A DNA stretch of 64,000 nt from Gracilinanus agilis (lineage: Eukaryota): the NCBI RefSeq assembly GCF_016433145.1, contig NC_058132.1, forward strand, positions 616,636,219-616,700,218. Direction: 5' to 3'. How positions within the stretch are numbered: position 1 is the first letter of the stretch; every line of letters starts with the position of its first letter. Positions 1-10,730 of this stretch are shown here, in pieces. A model generated the notes under the pieces. It made no database searches and was not told where the DNA came from. It saw nothing but the letters and a program-made list of their open reading frames with translations. The translations under genes were made by a program, and so were the position numbers.

Positions 1-1030
1 GGGGAGGGGGAAGGGGGCTCTCTCAGAAGGGGGGAGGCGGCGGGTGGACGCTTTTCGGGAAGTGCCCCGCCGGGGGGCTCTCAGCAGGGGGTGCTCGGCG
101 GGAGGCTGGAGCAGGAACAGGGGCGCGGGGATGGGGGCGGGCCCAGGGCCGGGGAGGAGGGGGGAGGGAGCACCGCGTCGGCGCTATTCTCCTCTGTGGA
201 GCAGAGCCCACGTCTCGCCGCCGCGATCTGTCTCGACTCTGACTCGATCTGACCCGAGCCTAGGGATAGTAGGCAGGTCCAGCGCCGCCCGGACCGGCCG
301 CAGTCACTGCCGCCGTCCGACGTGTCACTGGACCGGCCCCGCCTTAGGGGTGGAGCCAAGCGCTCCCGCTCCGGCGGGGGGCGGGCACGGGGGCGGGCCA
401 GAAGACCGCCGCCCCCCCCACCCCCTCCTCCGCCCGGAAGTGCCCCCTCTTCTGAGCTCGAGGGCCGGCCCCTGCCAAGTCCGTCCCCTCTCCCGGCGCG
501 GGCCGTGCGTGCAGGTCGTGACGTCAGGAGCAGCCCTCCTTTGCCTGGGTGGTGCGCCCAGAGTGACGTCAGGAGCAGAGACCGGAGCTGTCCATCAGCA
601 CCAAGAGGCCTCGGGCAGGCTGCTGGGCATGGGGCCGTGGCGCCGGGCCTGCCTGAGCCCGAGCTGGAGCTGGAGCTGGAGCTGCAGCCCGAGCCCAGGG
701 GAGCCACGGGAGCCAGGGGGCCCGAGCGGGACCCAAACAAGGAGTCGGCGGAGCAGCGGCAGTGCCGTGCAGGTACCAGCCCTTCCATCCCAGCCGCCAC
801 TGCCCCTCCACAATGCACTGTTTTTTTGTTTTTTCCACCTGGCGTCCCTACCAACCCTCTCTCCCAGGCCACCCTTCCCTGTTCTGGAACTCCCCGGCTC
901 TGCCTCGCCCCCTACTCCTTCTCCACCAGCCTCCTCAACTTTAGGCCCCTCCGCCCCCGGCCCCTCTGCTCTAGGCTCCTTCCCGAATCTTCCCACCTTT
1001 CACAATAATTCCAGCCCCAGGTCCCCTTTA
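1..1030. promoter_or_regulatory. CpG island / probable bidirectional promoter (TMEM198 on +; CHPF expected on - beyond the left edge)
   Basis: Very GC- and CpG-rich with several GGGCGG boxes and two TGACGTCA sites (519-526, 564-571). The CHPF neighbour is inferred from human synteny; no CHPF coding sequence is visible in the window. Confidence 0.75.
580..772 (+). other. TMEM198: Probable non-coding first exon of TMEM198 (start uncertain)
   Basis: Lies downstream of the CRE pair and ends at the donor GCAG|GTACCA (772/773). The next acceptor is tctctctctgccag|G at 1413/1414. Confidence 0.5.
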
Positions 1031-1458
1031 GCTGCAGCTCGGACCGCTAACCTCAATCCCTGGAATCTCCTACCACTCCCTCCTTTCTCTCTCCCTCACC
1101 CTGCACCCCATCTTTCTTGTTTCCTCTGTTTCCAGTCTGTCCAGCCACAGGGCTTCCTTCATCTCCCTTGTCTCTCTTCCTGGCCCTTTCAGGCACTAGT
1201 AGCCTTCTCTCTCCTGTAAGGGCCTTGGAACTGGAGGACCCGTGTGCCTCTCCTTGGTCCTGTGTGGTCAGATTAAGTGCCCTCCCTGATAATTGAGACT
1301 GTCCCGAGGAGTCCTTTTAGAAAGCCTCCTTAGACTTCCTCCCTCCAGCTCCTAACCTTGGCTCCCATCCCAGTAAAAATGGACTTCTGTGACCCCTCTT
1401 CTCTCTCTGCCAGGCTGCCCCTGGTGGGTGACCCCACACCCCTGCCCTCCTTGGCGCC

Positions 1459-1624
1459 ATGTCCGGCACTGTGGAGACACTACGGTTCCAGCTGCTACCT
1501 CCCGAACCAGATGAACCCCTCTGGGGCCTCCCCTGTGAGCAGCCCCTGGAGCGGAGGTATGAGGCGCTGCCCTCCCTCGTCTGCACCATGTGCTCCCTCT
1601 TCGGCGTTGTCTACTGCTTCTTTG
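1459..1624 (+). CDS. TMEM198: TMEM198 coding exon 1 ([19 protein letters not shown]...VVYCFFG)
   Basis: gccATG start and G|GTGAGG donor, phase 1. Joined CDS 1459-1624, 4850-5425, 6559-6761, 7118-7255 = 1083 nt = 360 aa, matching recalled TMEM198. Confidence 0.95.
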
Positions 1625-4600
1625 GTGAGGCCCAATCCCTGGGGGCTAATCCCTCCACACAGACCTTTAGTCTTAGGGTTCCCTAAACCATCATTTTAAC
1701 TTCTCTCATTCCTTTCCTCATTCTCCTTCCCAGACCCCCCCCCCCAAGCTATTTTCTGAAGTATGGTGCTAGAAAAAAGGGCAATGGGGACTTTGGTGGT
1801 TGGGTTCAGGGCTAGGGCAGGGACACTGGGTTGGTGAAATCTCTAAACATCTTCTAGTCCTAAGAGTAGCTGAATCTGGGAAGCCAAGGCCAAGGCTGCT
1901 TCTTGTGTATGCCACCTCCTCCTTCCCTTCTGTGAATTTATCCCTTTTATAGACTGTGACTGAACCCCTTATGATGGAGTTGTAATAGGGCTGAAAGATG
2001 TTCCCCAATCCAGGGGTATATTTATGAGCTTGGCCAGGTTGCCTTTTCTAAGGCAAATTATAGACTGCCTAGGATTTACTTGCAAGGGAGTCTAGCCTCT
2101 CTTTTCCCTTTTCCCATTTTTCCTGACCCCAAATCCAAATATTTTTACCCCTCCCCTTGAATGCTGCATCCCAAATCAAGTGCTAAGGGCCTCAATATTA
2201 CCTGCTTCTGAGTGACACATGACATTTCACTGGAGTGACACCTTGACTATCTACCTAATCTTTTTGGGCCTCAGTTTCTTCATCTGTCAAATGATAAAGC
2301 TGGATTAGATGACACATCTAAGGTAGTTTCCAAGTCTAAATTTGGCCCCAATGCAATTTCCACATTTTCAGTTCCATGTCTTCCTTAAACTCTGACTTTT
2401 CAACCAGATCTCCTTTCCTCTCCCCAAGTCCAAATACCTCATTGTTTCTTGGTTTGCAATCTCTTTCTTGAACCTTGATCTCTAATCACTTCTTCAGTAG
2501 ATCCAGATCTAGCTCCTAGATTTTGCCTCCAGGGATATCCATTTCTTTGGACATCCAAGTATAGGGTACCTTTGCTCTTGGAACTATGACTTTTATTTTT
2601 CATTACTTTCTAAACTTAGCAGATTATTGGACTGCAACTCAAAGTATCATGCTTCCTGTACTTTTTCTTGGTTTCCAATCCTTGCCTAGTTCCTTAGGCC
2701 CTGAGAGCTGCTGCATCTAAGCCTTAACGACTATTTCTCCCCTCTTTTGCAATTACAACGATAACTCGAGATGCTAAATTCTGGTATCTACTTTCTCTTT
2801 CTTTTCTAACTCTGGTTGCCACAAAGTAGAGGCAGCAAGAGTTAATTTCTAGGCTTATTTACAAGGGAAAAGAGCACATGCAAATTAAGAATACACTAGG
2901 GTAGGGTAATTAGAAATGCAAATAGGAGGGGAAAAAACTATTCAGTCCTAGCCTGGGGGATACTGGATAGTAAGTTATTCTACCTAGCCTCAGTTTCCTG
3001 GGGCTAGCTTGATCTGCCGTACTATCTAGCTCTAGAATGGCTCCCTTGTAGTAGTCTTACATGCTTAAGAAAATGACATCCTATGCCAACAGAACATCCT
3101 TCATTGACTTAGAATTAACCTACCCGAGTGGACTTTCAGGGTATGACACAATTTACTGTTATCTCCCTTTTGCCAAACATAAAAGTGAATCAAAGTCATA
3201 GGAATGTAAGAGGTCATTTAGCACATTTCTCCCCCTCCCTAATTTAAAAATAATGAAACTGAGGGCCAGAGGGGTTAGGCCCAAGGTTGCACAGGTGAGA
3301 AGTATCAGAACTGAGATTTGAACCAAGATTCTTTGACTCTAATCCAACCCTATTTCCACAGCCCCATGATGCTCTTAAAGAACTAACATAAAATGATTTT
3401 TTCCTATCACTTCAAAAAATAGAATACAGCACCACTCCAAATATACACATAGTTTTCTGTCACATATTTTTATACTCAGGGTTCCCCAGTCTTTTGGGGT
3501 ACTCTACAACATGGCCTTTATTTTGCGTGTCATCGTTACCCATTGTTCTGATCCTCATCTCTATGATGCCTTCATGGCACCTTTTTTTTCTGGCCCCCAA
3601 GGTCCCAGCCTTTGACCCCATGTTTCATATCTCTGACTCCCCCATAACCCTCAGATATGAACTTTCTGTATCTTTCATCTTTGACCAACTTATCTCCATC
3701 TTTTTGAGTTTTCTATGAGCCCCAAATCTCTGACTCCTTGGGCTGCTCTCTGATGTTCTACATCTGTGACCCCATCTCTTGAGGCCTTTATGAGAGCTAT
3801 ATATATACCTCTGTAGCTCTGATCTCTCTGCTTCCCACTCCTATGGCCTTCACTTCTCTCTAACTTCTGTCTTTCTGACCTCTTATAAATGTCATCTCTC
3901 ATATTTACCCTTACCCCATCTCTCAGACCCTCCTTCCTTCATTTTTCTGACACTCCTTTGTGAATGAAGGGACCTGGAAAAGGGTTCAAAGAGAGACCAT
4001 GGAAAGGATGTATGACCCTATAGTGAGAAAGGGCCAGGAGAACATGTGTGGCTAGTTAGCCCAGGATGCTGTTGCTAGTTTATTTTGAATAGATATAGGG
4101 AACTTGAGAATAAAATGAGTGTGATCTGTAACTTGACAATTGCTCTGTGGATCTGTTCCTGCCTCCCCCAACCCCTCCCCCTTTCTCTTTAAAGTTTAGT
4201 AAAGTCCTTTGTTTAAAAAAAAATCCAAACTCTGCCTTTTCAGCACTAAAGGATATAGAAGGCAGAGGTTCATATTTAGACCAAGAGAATTTGGAGGTAT
4301 TATGGAAGTCAGGTAAGGCCTACTGACTGACAGTTCACATTAACAGCTTAGGAATCAAGGGCAAGGGAATAAACTGGATAGAAAAGAAAACTTCAGGACC
4401 TAGGTATGGCTGAGAAAGACAGTGCCCCTTCTACTTGGGGTCCGTTTCTTAGTATGGGATCCCACTGACCATCTCCATAAGCCCCTCAGTTTTCCCAACT
4501 CTCCGACCCCTCTCTGTCCTCCAGCTACCATCATCTACATGACTTTCCTTTGGATTGCATTGTCTCTGTGTGCTCCTTGGGTGGCAATCCACTCGGACCC

Positions 4601-4849
4601 TAACACCATAATCTCTATCCCTCTGGTCCTATGACATTTATTTGATCTTTTTCTGATGTCCTGTTGTTGCTCCTGACCTTTCATCTCTTTGACCCTTTTT
4701 CTCTGGTCTGTTTCTCATCTTTACATTCCCCTTTTTCTGACCCCTTCAGGCTCCCCTTTTTCTGATATCCCATGACCCTCATTTCTCTGACCTGTTCCAT
4801 GACCTTGTTCTTAGCCCTTTCTCTGCATCCCTACCCATGTTCCCTACAG

Positions 4850-5425
4850 GTTACCGCTGCTTCAAGGCTGTGCTTTTCCTCACGGGACTCCTGTTCGGTT
4901 CAGTGGTCATCTTCCTGCTCTGCTACCGAGAGCGGGTGCTGGAGACGCAGTTGAATGCTGGGGCAAGTGCGGGCATTGCCCTGGGCATTGGCCTGCTGTG
5001 CGGGCTGGTGGCCATGCTGGTGCGCAGTGTGGGGCTCTTCCTGGTTGGGCTGCTGCTCGGGCTGCTGCTGGGGGCAGCTGCCTTGATGGGCTCAGGCCCC
5101 TTCTACCAACCAGGCTCTGTATGGGGGCCACTGGGGCTGTTGTTAGGAGGAGGCCTGCTGTGTGCCCTGCTCACATTGCGCTGGCCTCGTCCATTCACCA
5201 CTCTGGCCACTGCTGTGGCCGGGGCTGCACTGATTGCTGCCGCAGCCGACTACTTTGCAGAACTGTTGCTGTTGGGGCGCTATGCCGCAGAGAGGCTTCG
5301 GGCTGCCCCAGTGCCTCCACTTTGTTGGCGGAGCTGGGCCCTGCTGGCCATCTGGCCGCTGCTCAGTCTGATGGGCGTCCTAGTACAGTGGAGAGTCACA
5401 GCTGAGGGGGACTCACATACTGAGG
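4850..5425 (+). CDS. TMEM198: TMEM198 coding exon 2 (multi-pass TM / DUF4203 region)
   Basis: ccctacag| acceptor; [25 protein letters not shown]...[10 protein letters not shown]; G|GTGAGA donor. Confidence 0.96.
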
Positions 5426-5676
5426 GTGAGACATTGTGCCAGTGTGGCAGCTACTGGGGGTGGAAGAGAGGGCAGAGGAATTAATTGCCAATTGGTGAGA
5501 GAGATGCTGGAGTCAGGGTGAGGAAAAAACCTGAGGGAACTCATAGCAAGGACAAACAATTTAGGAGTGGGGTGGTGAGGGGGACTTATACATGAAGGGT
5601 TGATGCATAGGGTCATAGATTAGATCCAGAAGGGAACCTTGGAGGTCATGTGGTACAACTTTCTGTGACTTCAAAT

Positions 5677-5871
5677 CCATTAGATGTAGAGTCCATTCTT
5701 GGAATGCCCTCCATTAGATCTAGTGTCCATTCTTGGAATGCCCTCCATTAGATGTAGAGTCCATTCTTGGAATGCCCTCCATTAGATCTAGTGTCCATTC
5801 TTGGAATGCCCTCCATTAGATCTAGTGTCCATTCTTGGAATGCCCTCCATTAGATGTAGAGTCCATTCTTG
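5677..5871. repeat. 34-bp minisatellite, about 5.7 copies
   Basis: Unit CCATTAGAT(G/C)TAG(A/T)GTCCATTCTTGGAATGCCCT starting at 5677, 5711, 5745, 5779, 5813 and 5847 (partial). Confidence 0.97.
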
Positions 5872-6558
5872 AAAGGTGGGTTCTCACCATGGAGGGGGGA
5901 GAAGGGAGATAGAGAAGTTGACAAAGACCCAGGAGGATTGGGATGGTGTTCAGGGAAAGGGAAAGTGTGTAGGAGAGGGGATGGCTGATAAAGTAAGATT
6001 ATATTTGTGGACTGGGAGCTAAATATGGAGGGATCATGGGAGAGGGAATGGAGTTAGTAGAGATAAAGGAAGGCAGAAGAACATTTCCACACTGAGGGTG
6101 AGAGATTCTAAGGGATGGAATAAATAAAGCAAATGAGGAGTTCTGTAATTCTAAAGATTGGGAGAGTAGGGCAAGGAGAATGACCCTTTTAATGGTGAGA
6201 GACAGAAAAAGTGCTTTCTAGGCTTATAAAGCACTTTCTTCCTGACAACCATCTGAGGTAGGTAGAGTGAATATTATTCTAATTTTGAAGTTAATATTAA
6301 TTTATTTGTCCACCATCAAATGGGCTTGAAGTGGCAGGGAGAGGGCTGGAACCCAGGTGTTGCAATTACAAGTCCAGTAAGCTCTCCATCGTACTCTTAT
6401 CAGAAGATTTGGGGAGCACATTTAAAAAATGAGGGGTAAATGACAGATTTTTGGGAGCTTGGAGCTACTAGTTTAGGAGGCAATGAATGAGGTTTGGATA
6501 TAAAGGGGAACCTGGGTTCCCAGGGGTCACTTTTCTTCTCTACCTCCTGCCCTCTCAG

Positions 6559-6761
6559 TGGTGATTAGCCGACAGCAGCGGAGGGTCCAATTGATGAGAA
6601 TTCGGCAACGGGAGGAGCGGAAGGAGAAGCGGAGAAGGAAGAGACCCTCTCGGGCTCCTCCTCGGAGTTCCAGGGCCCCACCAAAGCCAGGCCCTCCTGA
6701 CTCTGGCTATCGACGAAGGCCTGTGCCTGTCAAACGCTTCAATGGAGACGTGCTCTCCCCT
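6559..6761 (+). CDS. TMEM198: TMEM198 coding exon 3 (basic cytoplasmic tail)
   Basis: ctctcag|TG GTG ATT; [20 protein letters not shown]...FNGDVLSP; |GTGAGT donor. Confidence 0.95.
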
Positions 6762-7117
6762 GTGAGTATCCTTCTCTAGACATCCCTACTTGTCTTGGGT
6801 TTGATAATGAGGGTAAGTGTTCAGGACTGTGGCATCTAGTTTGGGCTGTTCCTAATGTCTGGACACCCTAGAGAGATCTTGTTTGCTGGCACCAGAAGTC
6901 ATCACTTCAGAGAGGAGGGTTCTGCTAGTTCAGAGTCTCAGGGCCCTAAATTTGAAAATCAGAAAGGGTTTAGGATCTAAGGCTTATGGATTTTAAGGGT
7001 GGAGTGTCATAGGAATGAGTTTTAGAGGGGGAGTTTTGGGAAACTGATCATGGATGGGGAGGTCTCAAGAGTGTGGATTTAGGGGTGAATTTCAGATTTG
7101 TCATTTCTTCTACCTAG

Positions 7118-7255
7118 AGCTACATCCAGAGCTTTCGGGACCGGCAGACTGGGAGTTCTCTGAGCAGTTTTGTGGCACCGCCCGTAGACCTGGATTATGA
7201 ATGTGGTTCCACAGTGCCACTGACAGCTGCCTCAGGCCCCCCTGTTCGTGTGTAG
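7118..7255 (+). CDS. TMEM198: TMEM198 last coding exon ([10 protein letters not shown]...SGPPVRV*)
   Basis: tctacctag| acceptor; TAG at 7253-7255. Confidence 0.95.
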   Translation, partial: SYIQSFRDRQTGSSLSSFVAPPVDLDYECGSTVPLTAASGPPVRV

Positions 7256-8091
7256 CTGACCCTCATCTGGTCAGAGGAGACCCTGAAACTTGACTCTGGA
7301 TACTTCAGACACTGACTCTGCCAGTCTGGGGTGGTGGTGGGGAATAGCTTCATCCTTGCCCCATGGATTGACCTGAACCAGGGCTTCATTCACTGCCCTA
7401 GGGCTGGCCTCCTGATCAGAGTTCCCTTGGGGGGTCAATTACCTGAGGGTAATCTACTCAGACTCCTCCCTCAGGGGCTACTGAGAGTGAATCTGGCCCA
7501 TTTGGGTCCCTGAAGGAAAAGGATCTGCCTTTGGGGCTGAACTCAGGAGTTTTGTGTTTGTATGTTGGGGGGGTGGAGGGGACCCAGCCCCCTTGCCTTA
7601 GATCTCTGGTGTGTAGGGCTGCTTTCCAGGGGACACTCAGCCTTCTCTCTCTCTCTCAATGTTCTGGATCCTAAGGGCCATCCCCCTGCATGCCTATGTT
7701 GGTGGGACAGGCCCACCCTTGTCACCTCAACCCCAGCTCAAGGGCTGGGGCTGCTTTCTGCACAGGCTCTTCATTCAGGCTGCATCCCTTTTGGCTGGGG
7801 TGGGGGAAGGTTGCAATGCCCTTTACTCTCATGTCCCCCATCCCTCCTCATCTTCTGCTAGATGCCAGCTACAGTGGTATTTGGTGGAAGGTGGGCAGGG
7901 GCTTCTGGAATTGCCCCAGGTGGAGAGGGAGGGAGGGAATGGGGGAGGGTGTGTGGGCTGAGGGATTGGGTGGGTGGGTTTTGGGGGCTTGTACACGGTG
8001 CATGTCTGGTGTCTTTTGTTCTACTCCAGACACCTCGTGCTTCTGTCTCCTCCTCCTCCTCCTCCTTCTCTTCCTCTTGTTTTACATCTTT

Positions 8092-8097
8092 TATAAA
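8092..8097 (+). terminator. Candidate variant polyA signal (TATAAA) for TMEM198
   Basis: No AATAAA seen on + between the stop and the OBSL1 3' end; the TATAAA sits in a U-rich context. Confidence 0.4.
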
Positions 8098-8267
8098 TGT
8101 GCCAAACTGCACGATTTGAGCCAGGAGTGGTTTCCCAGCAGCCCACTTGGGGGAGGTTGAGCAATGAAAATGGGAGATGTTCAAAGACATATGTGAATAG
8201 TCAGAGAGGCAACCCAACACTACAGAGAGCCTGAGGAACAGGTGGATGGAAGGACTCCTGGTCCGTG

Positions 8268-8273
8268 TTTATT
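8268..8273 (-). terminator. PolyA signal AATAAA for OBSL1
   Basis: tttatt on +, about 90 nt downstream of the proposed OBSL1 stop. Confidence 0.7.
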
Positions 8274-8360
8274 TCCCCCTGTCCTCCCATGCTCCCCAGA
8301 CCCAAAGCTCTCTGGTTTCCCATCTGTCCATGGGCATCCATTCTGTGTCTGGGGCTGGTT

Positions 8361-8368
8361 CTAGCTAC
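8361..8368 (-). CDS. OBSL1: OBSL1 exon 22, coding part (…VE-S-S*)
   Basis: tcttttcctctgcag|GT AGC TAG; the same two-residue-plus-stop layout as the recalled human ending (…VE-G-N*), followed by AATAAA. Confidence 0.7.
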
Positions 8369-9108
8369 CTGCAGAGGAAAAGATTCTTTGACTCCAGGCC
8401 TCCCTCTTCCCCTGATTCATTCCCTTTGTCATTTCACATAAGAAGAGGATTTTCCCTTTCTGCTCCAGAGCCTGTTGAGGCTCTAAAGAGAAGGGAAGAG
8501 GTAGGATCACAGGGACTCAGGGAAGATCAGAATAGGGAGACTCCCACATGGTGGGAGAATGACACCAGAGGACCTAGCTACCCTGGAGCTGTAATGCCTC
8601 AGAGCCCAAGTTTGGCTGTCCAAGTCTTTGCAGCTCATGGACCCTCTTCTCATCCTCCTGCCTCCATATCCTTTCTGAGAACATAGGGATAAGGAGGACA
8701 GAGATGGACATACTGTAGATCAAAAATGATACAGGGGTCAGTGGTGGGAAAAGGTTCAAGTTCACAAGTTGGGGTTAAGGGAGGAGTTATGGAAGGAGAG
8801 AAAGGGAACAAAGGGAAGGGGAAAGGAGGGGAGGCTTTCAGCTGTGGACAGAGCTGCTGAGGGGTCCTCTCTAGAGTAGAGCACAAGGGACCTCTCTTAG
8901 ATTCTGCCCTTGCCCCTGGTTGACCCTGGCCTGTGTCCCTTTCCCCATCGTCATCCCTGAATAAGCAGACAGCTCTTTGAGACTTTCCCCTGACCCTTAT
9001 CTTTCTGGGATTCCCCTCTTGCCTGCTGCTTCCCTAAGACTCTCAACGAAACCCAACCCTAATACCTCAGTTCTCTTTCCCCTATACCAGCCCAGGTCCA
9101 TTACTCAC

Positions 9109-9378
9109 TCTCCACTAGCAGATTAGTATTGGCGATGTCTTCTCCAGCCTGGCAGCAGTAGGTGCCCTCATCAGTGGGCTGGACGTTGTGAATGATCAGA
9201 CTGTGGGTGACACCATGGCTCCGAAACTCATACTTTGGTCCAGGTGGCAAATCAACCCCACCCAGCAGCCATCGAACATGGCCACCTCCCCTGGACACAG
9301 TCACTTCTAGGGCTGCCCTCCGGCCAGCTAATACCGTCTTCTCTCGAGGGGGTCTACGACAGATCTGGAGAGGCAGGA
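9109..9378 (-). CDS. OBSL1: OBSL1 exon 21 (terminal Ig)
   Basis: 270 bp; VLPLQICRRPPREKTVLAGRRAALEVTVSR...YCCQAGEDIANTNLLVE; A|GTGAGT donor. Confidence 0.92.
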
Positions 9379-9696
9379 CTGGGGGTGGAGAGGAAGGAAA
9401 GATGATCAGTGGTGTGATATTTCATTGAGAGTTCCACACCGAGAATTGAGTCATGTTGGCCTTAATGTCCCATGCCACCTATTCTTGGGGAAATCCCAAC
9501 CTCTCTGGGACTAGATGAGGAAGACTGTTAGTTCTTAATCTAGTGGCTTCTACCAAAGTACTCCATTTGGGGAGGTTAATAATACCATCCTCTCTCCTCC
9601 CTTCAGAGGGCCAACCATTCTAGAAGGTAGCTGCAAACCCACACATTTTAGTTCACAGCAGCCTCTTCCCCTAGCCCTCCAGTGGTCCCTTCTTAC

Positions 9697-9801
9697 CCTC
9701 AACCTCCAGTTGAGTGGAGGATTTTGCTTGTCCAGCCTGAAATTGGATCTCCCCAGAATCCTCAGCCTGCAGCTCACTCAGTACCAGCGAGTGAAGGTTC
9801 C
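9697..9801 (-). CDS. OBSL1: OBSL1 exon 20 (second half of a split Ig)
   Basis: 105 bp; GNLHSLVLSELQAEDSGEIQFQAGQAKSSTQLEVE; ccccag| acceptor, |GTAAGA donor; absent from the ORF track. Confidence 0.9.
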
Positions 9802-10151
9802 CTGGGGTGGGGAGTGAGAGGAGGGAAATAGGATTCATCTTTGGCTACGAGCAAAGTTGGGGGAGCCCGTAGGGCATGTATGGAGAATCTCCTTGGGTCA
9901 TTGAGCTAGTCCTTAGGGAAGGCAGGAACTGGAGATGGAGGGAGTGGTCTTGGATGCCTGGTGAGGGAAAGGGAAACTGGAGCGAGATTGAGGAAGGGCA
10001 CAGTCTCATAGTTGAGGGCTGTGGGGATGGGGGAGGTGAGTGGTTGGGGAAAGAGGTTGGGAAACAGTGGCTTGCCTGCTGCTGCTTTTGGGGTGTATGT
10101 GTGTGTGTGGGTCTGTTTTTAAGGTCTGGGGAGGGATGCTGGCTCTCAAAC

Positions 10152-10313
10152 CTTCCTGTCGGATTCGGACACGGCCTCCTGGGCGCAAGACTCGGCCTCC
10201 CAGCTGCCAGCTACCAGGGATGTCGGGCTTGGATACTGTACACTTGAACGTGGCGCCGTCGCCCTCCCGGGCCTTCACCGGCTTTAGTTCCAGGAGCACT
10301 GACACCTCCTTCT
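10152..10313 (-). CDS. OBSL1: OBSL1 exon 19 (first half of a split Ig)
   Basis: 162 bp; KEVSVLLELKPVKAREGDGATFKC...RVRIRQE. Confidence 0.92.
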
Positions 10314-10573
10314 CTGCAGGGTTAGACCGAGGAGGGGGTGGGTTGAGGCCGGGGCACCTCCCACCACTTCCCTCCCCAGTGACCCGGCCTGCCAGGAGAG
10401 ACTCCAAACTGAGCACAAGCGCCCTCACCCCACCCCCATACACCCACGCGCAGGCAGTCTCCCTTTGACCTCCCCGGAGCCCAAGTTAGAGCCCCCGCCC
10501 CGGCCTCCATCCCCCTTCCCCAGGGGACCCCGCCCCGCCCCCTGAGCTGAGTCGCGGGAGCCCCAGTACCCAC

Positions 10574-10730
10574 TCCGCACAGTGAGGCAGGCGGCCGAAG
10601 CTTGGGAGTTCCCCACGGAGCAGCTGTAGGTGCCGGCGTCCTTCGGGCCGCAGCACCGGAGCTGCAGGAGCCGGCGGGAGCCGAGAGCCTGGATCCGGAG
10701 CCGAGGGCTGGGAGACAGTTCCTGGCCGTC
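10574..10730 (-). CDS. OBSL1: OBSL1 exon 18
   Basis: 157 bp, phase 0 to 1; DGQELSPSPRLRIQALGSRRLLQLRCCGPKDAGTYSCSVG...CLTVR. Confidence 0.9.

Noticed and set aside
44-1219. 391-aa ORF and overlapping ORFs on both strands
   Set aside because: GTG start, low-complexity Pro/Arg/Gly products, expected in a GC-rich island; none resembles CHPF or TMEM198
5677-5871. CRISPR-like look of the 34-bp repeats
   Set aside because: Units are head-to-tail with no unique spacers, there are no cas genes, and the context is a mammalian intron
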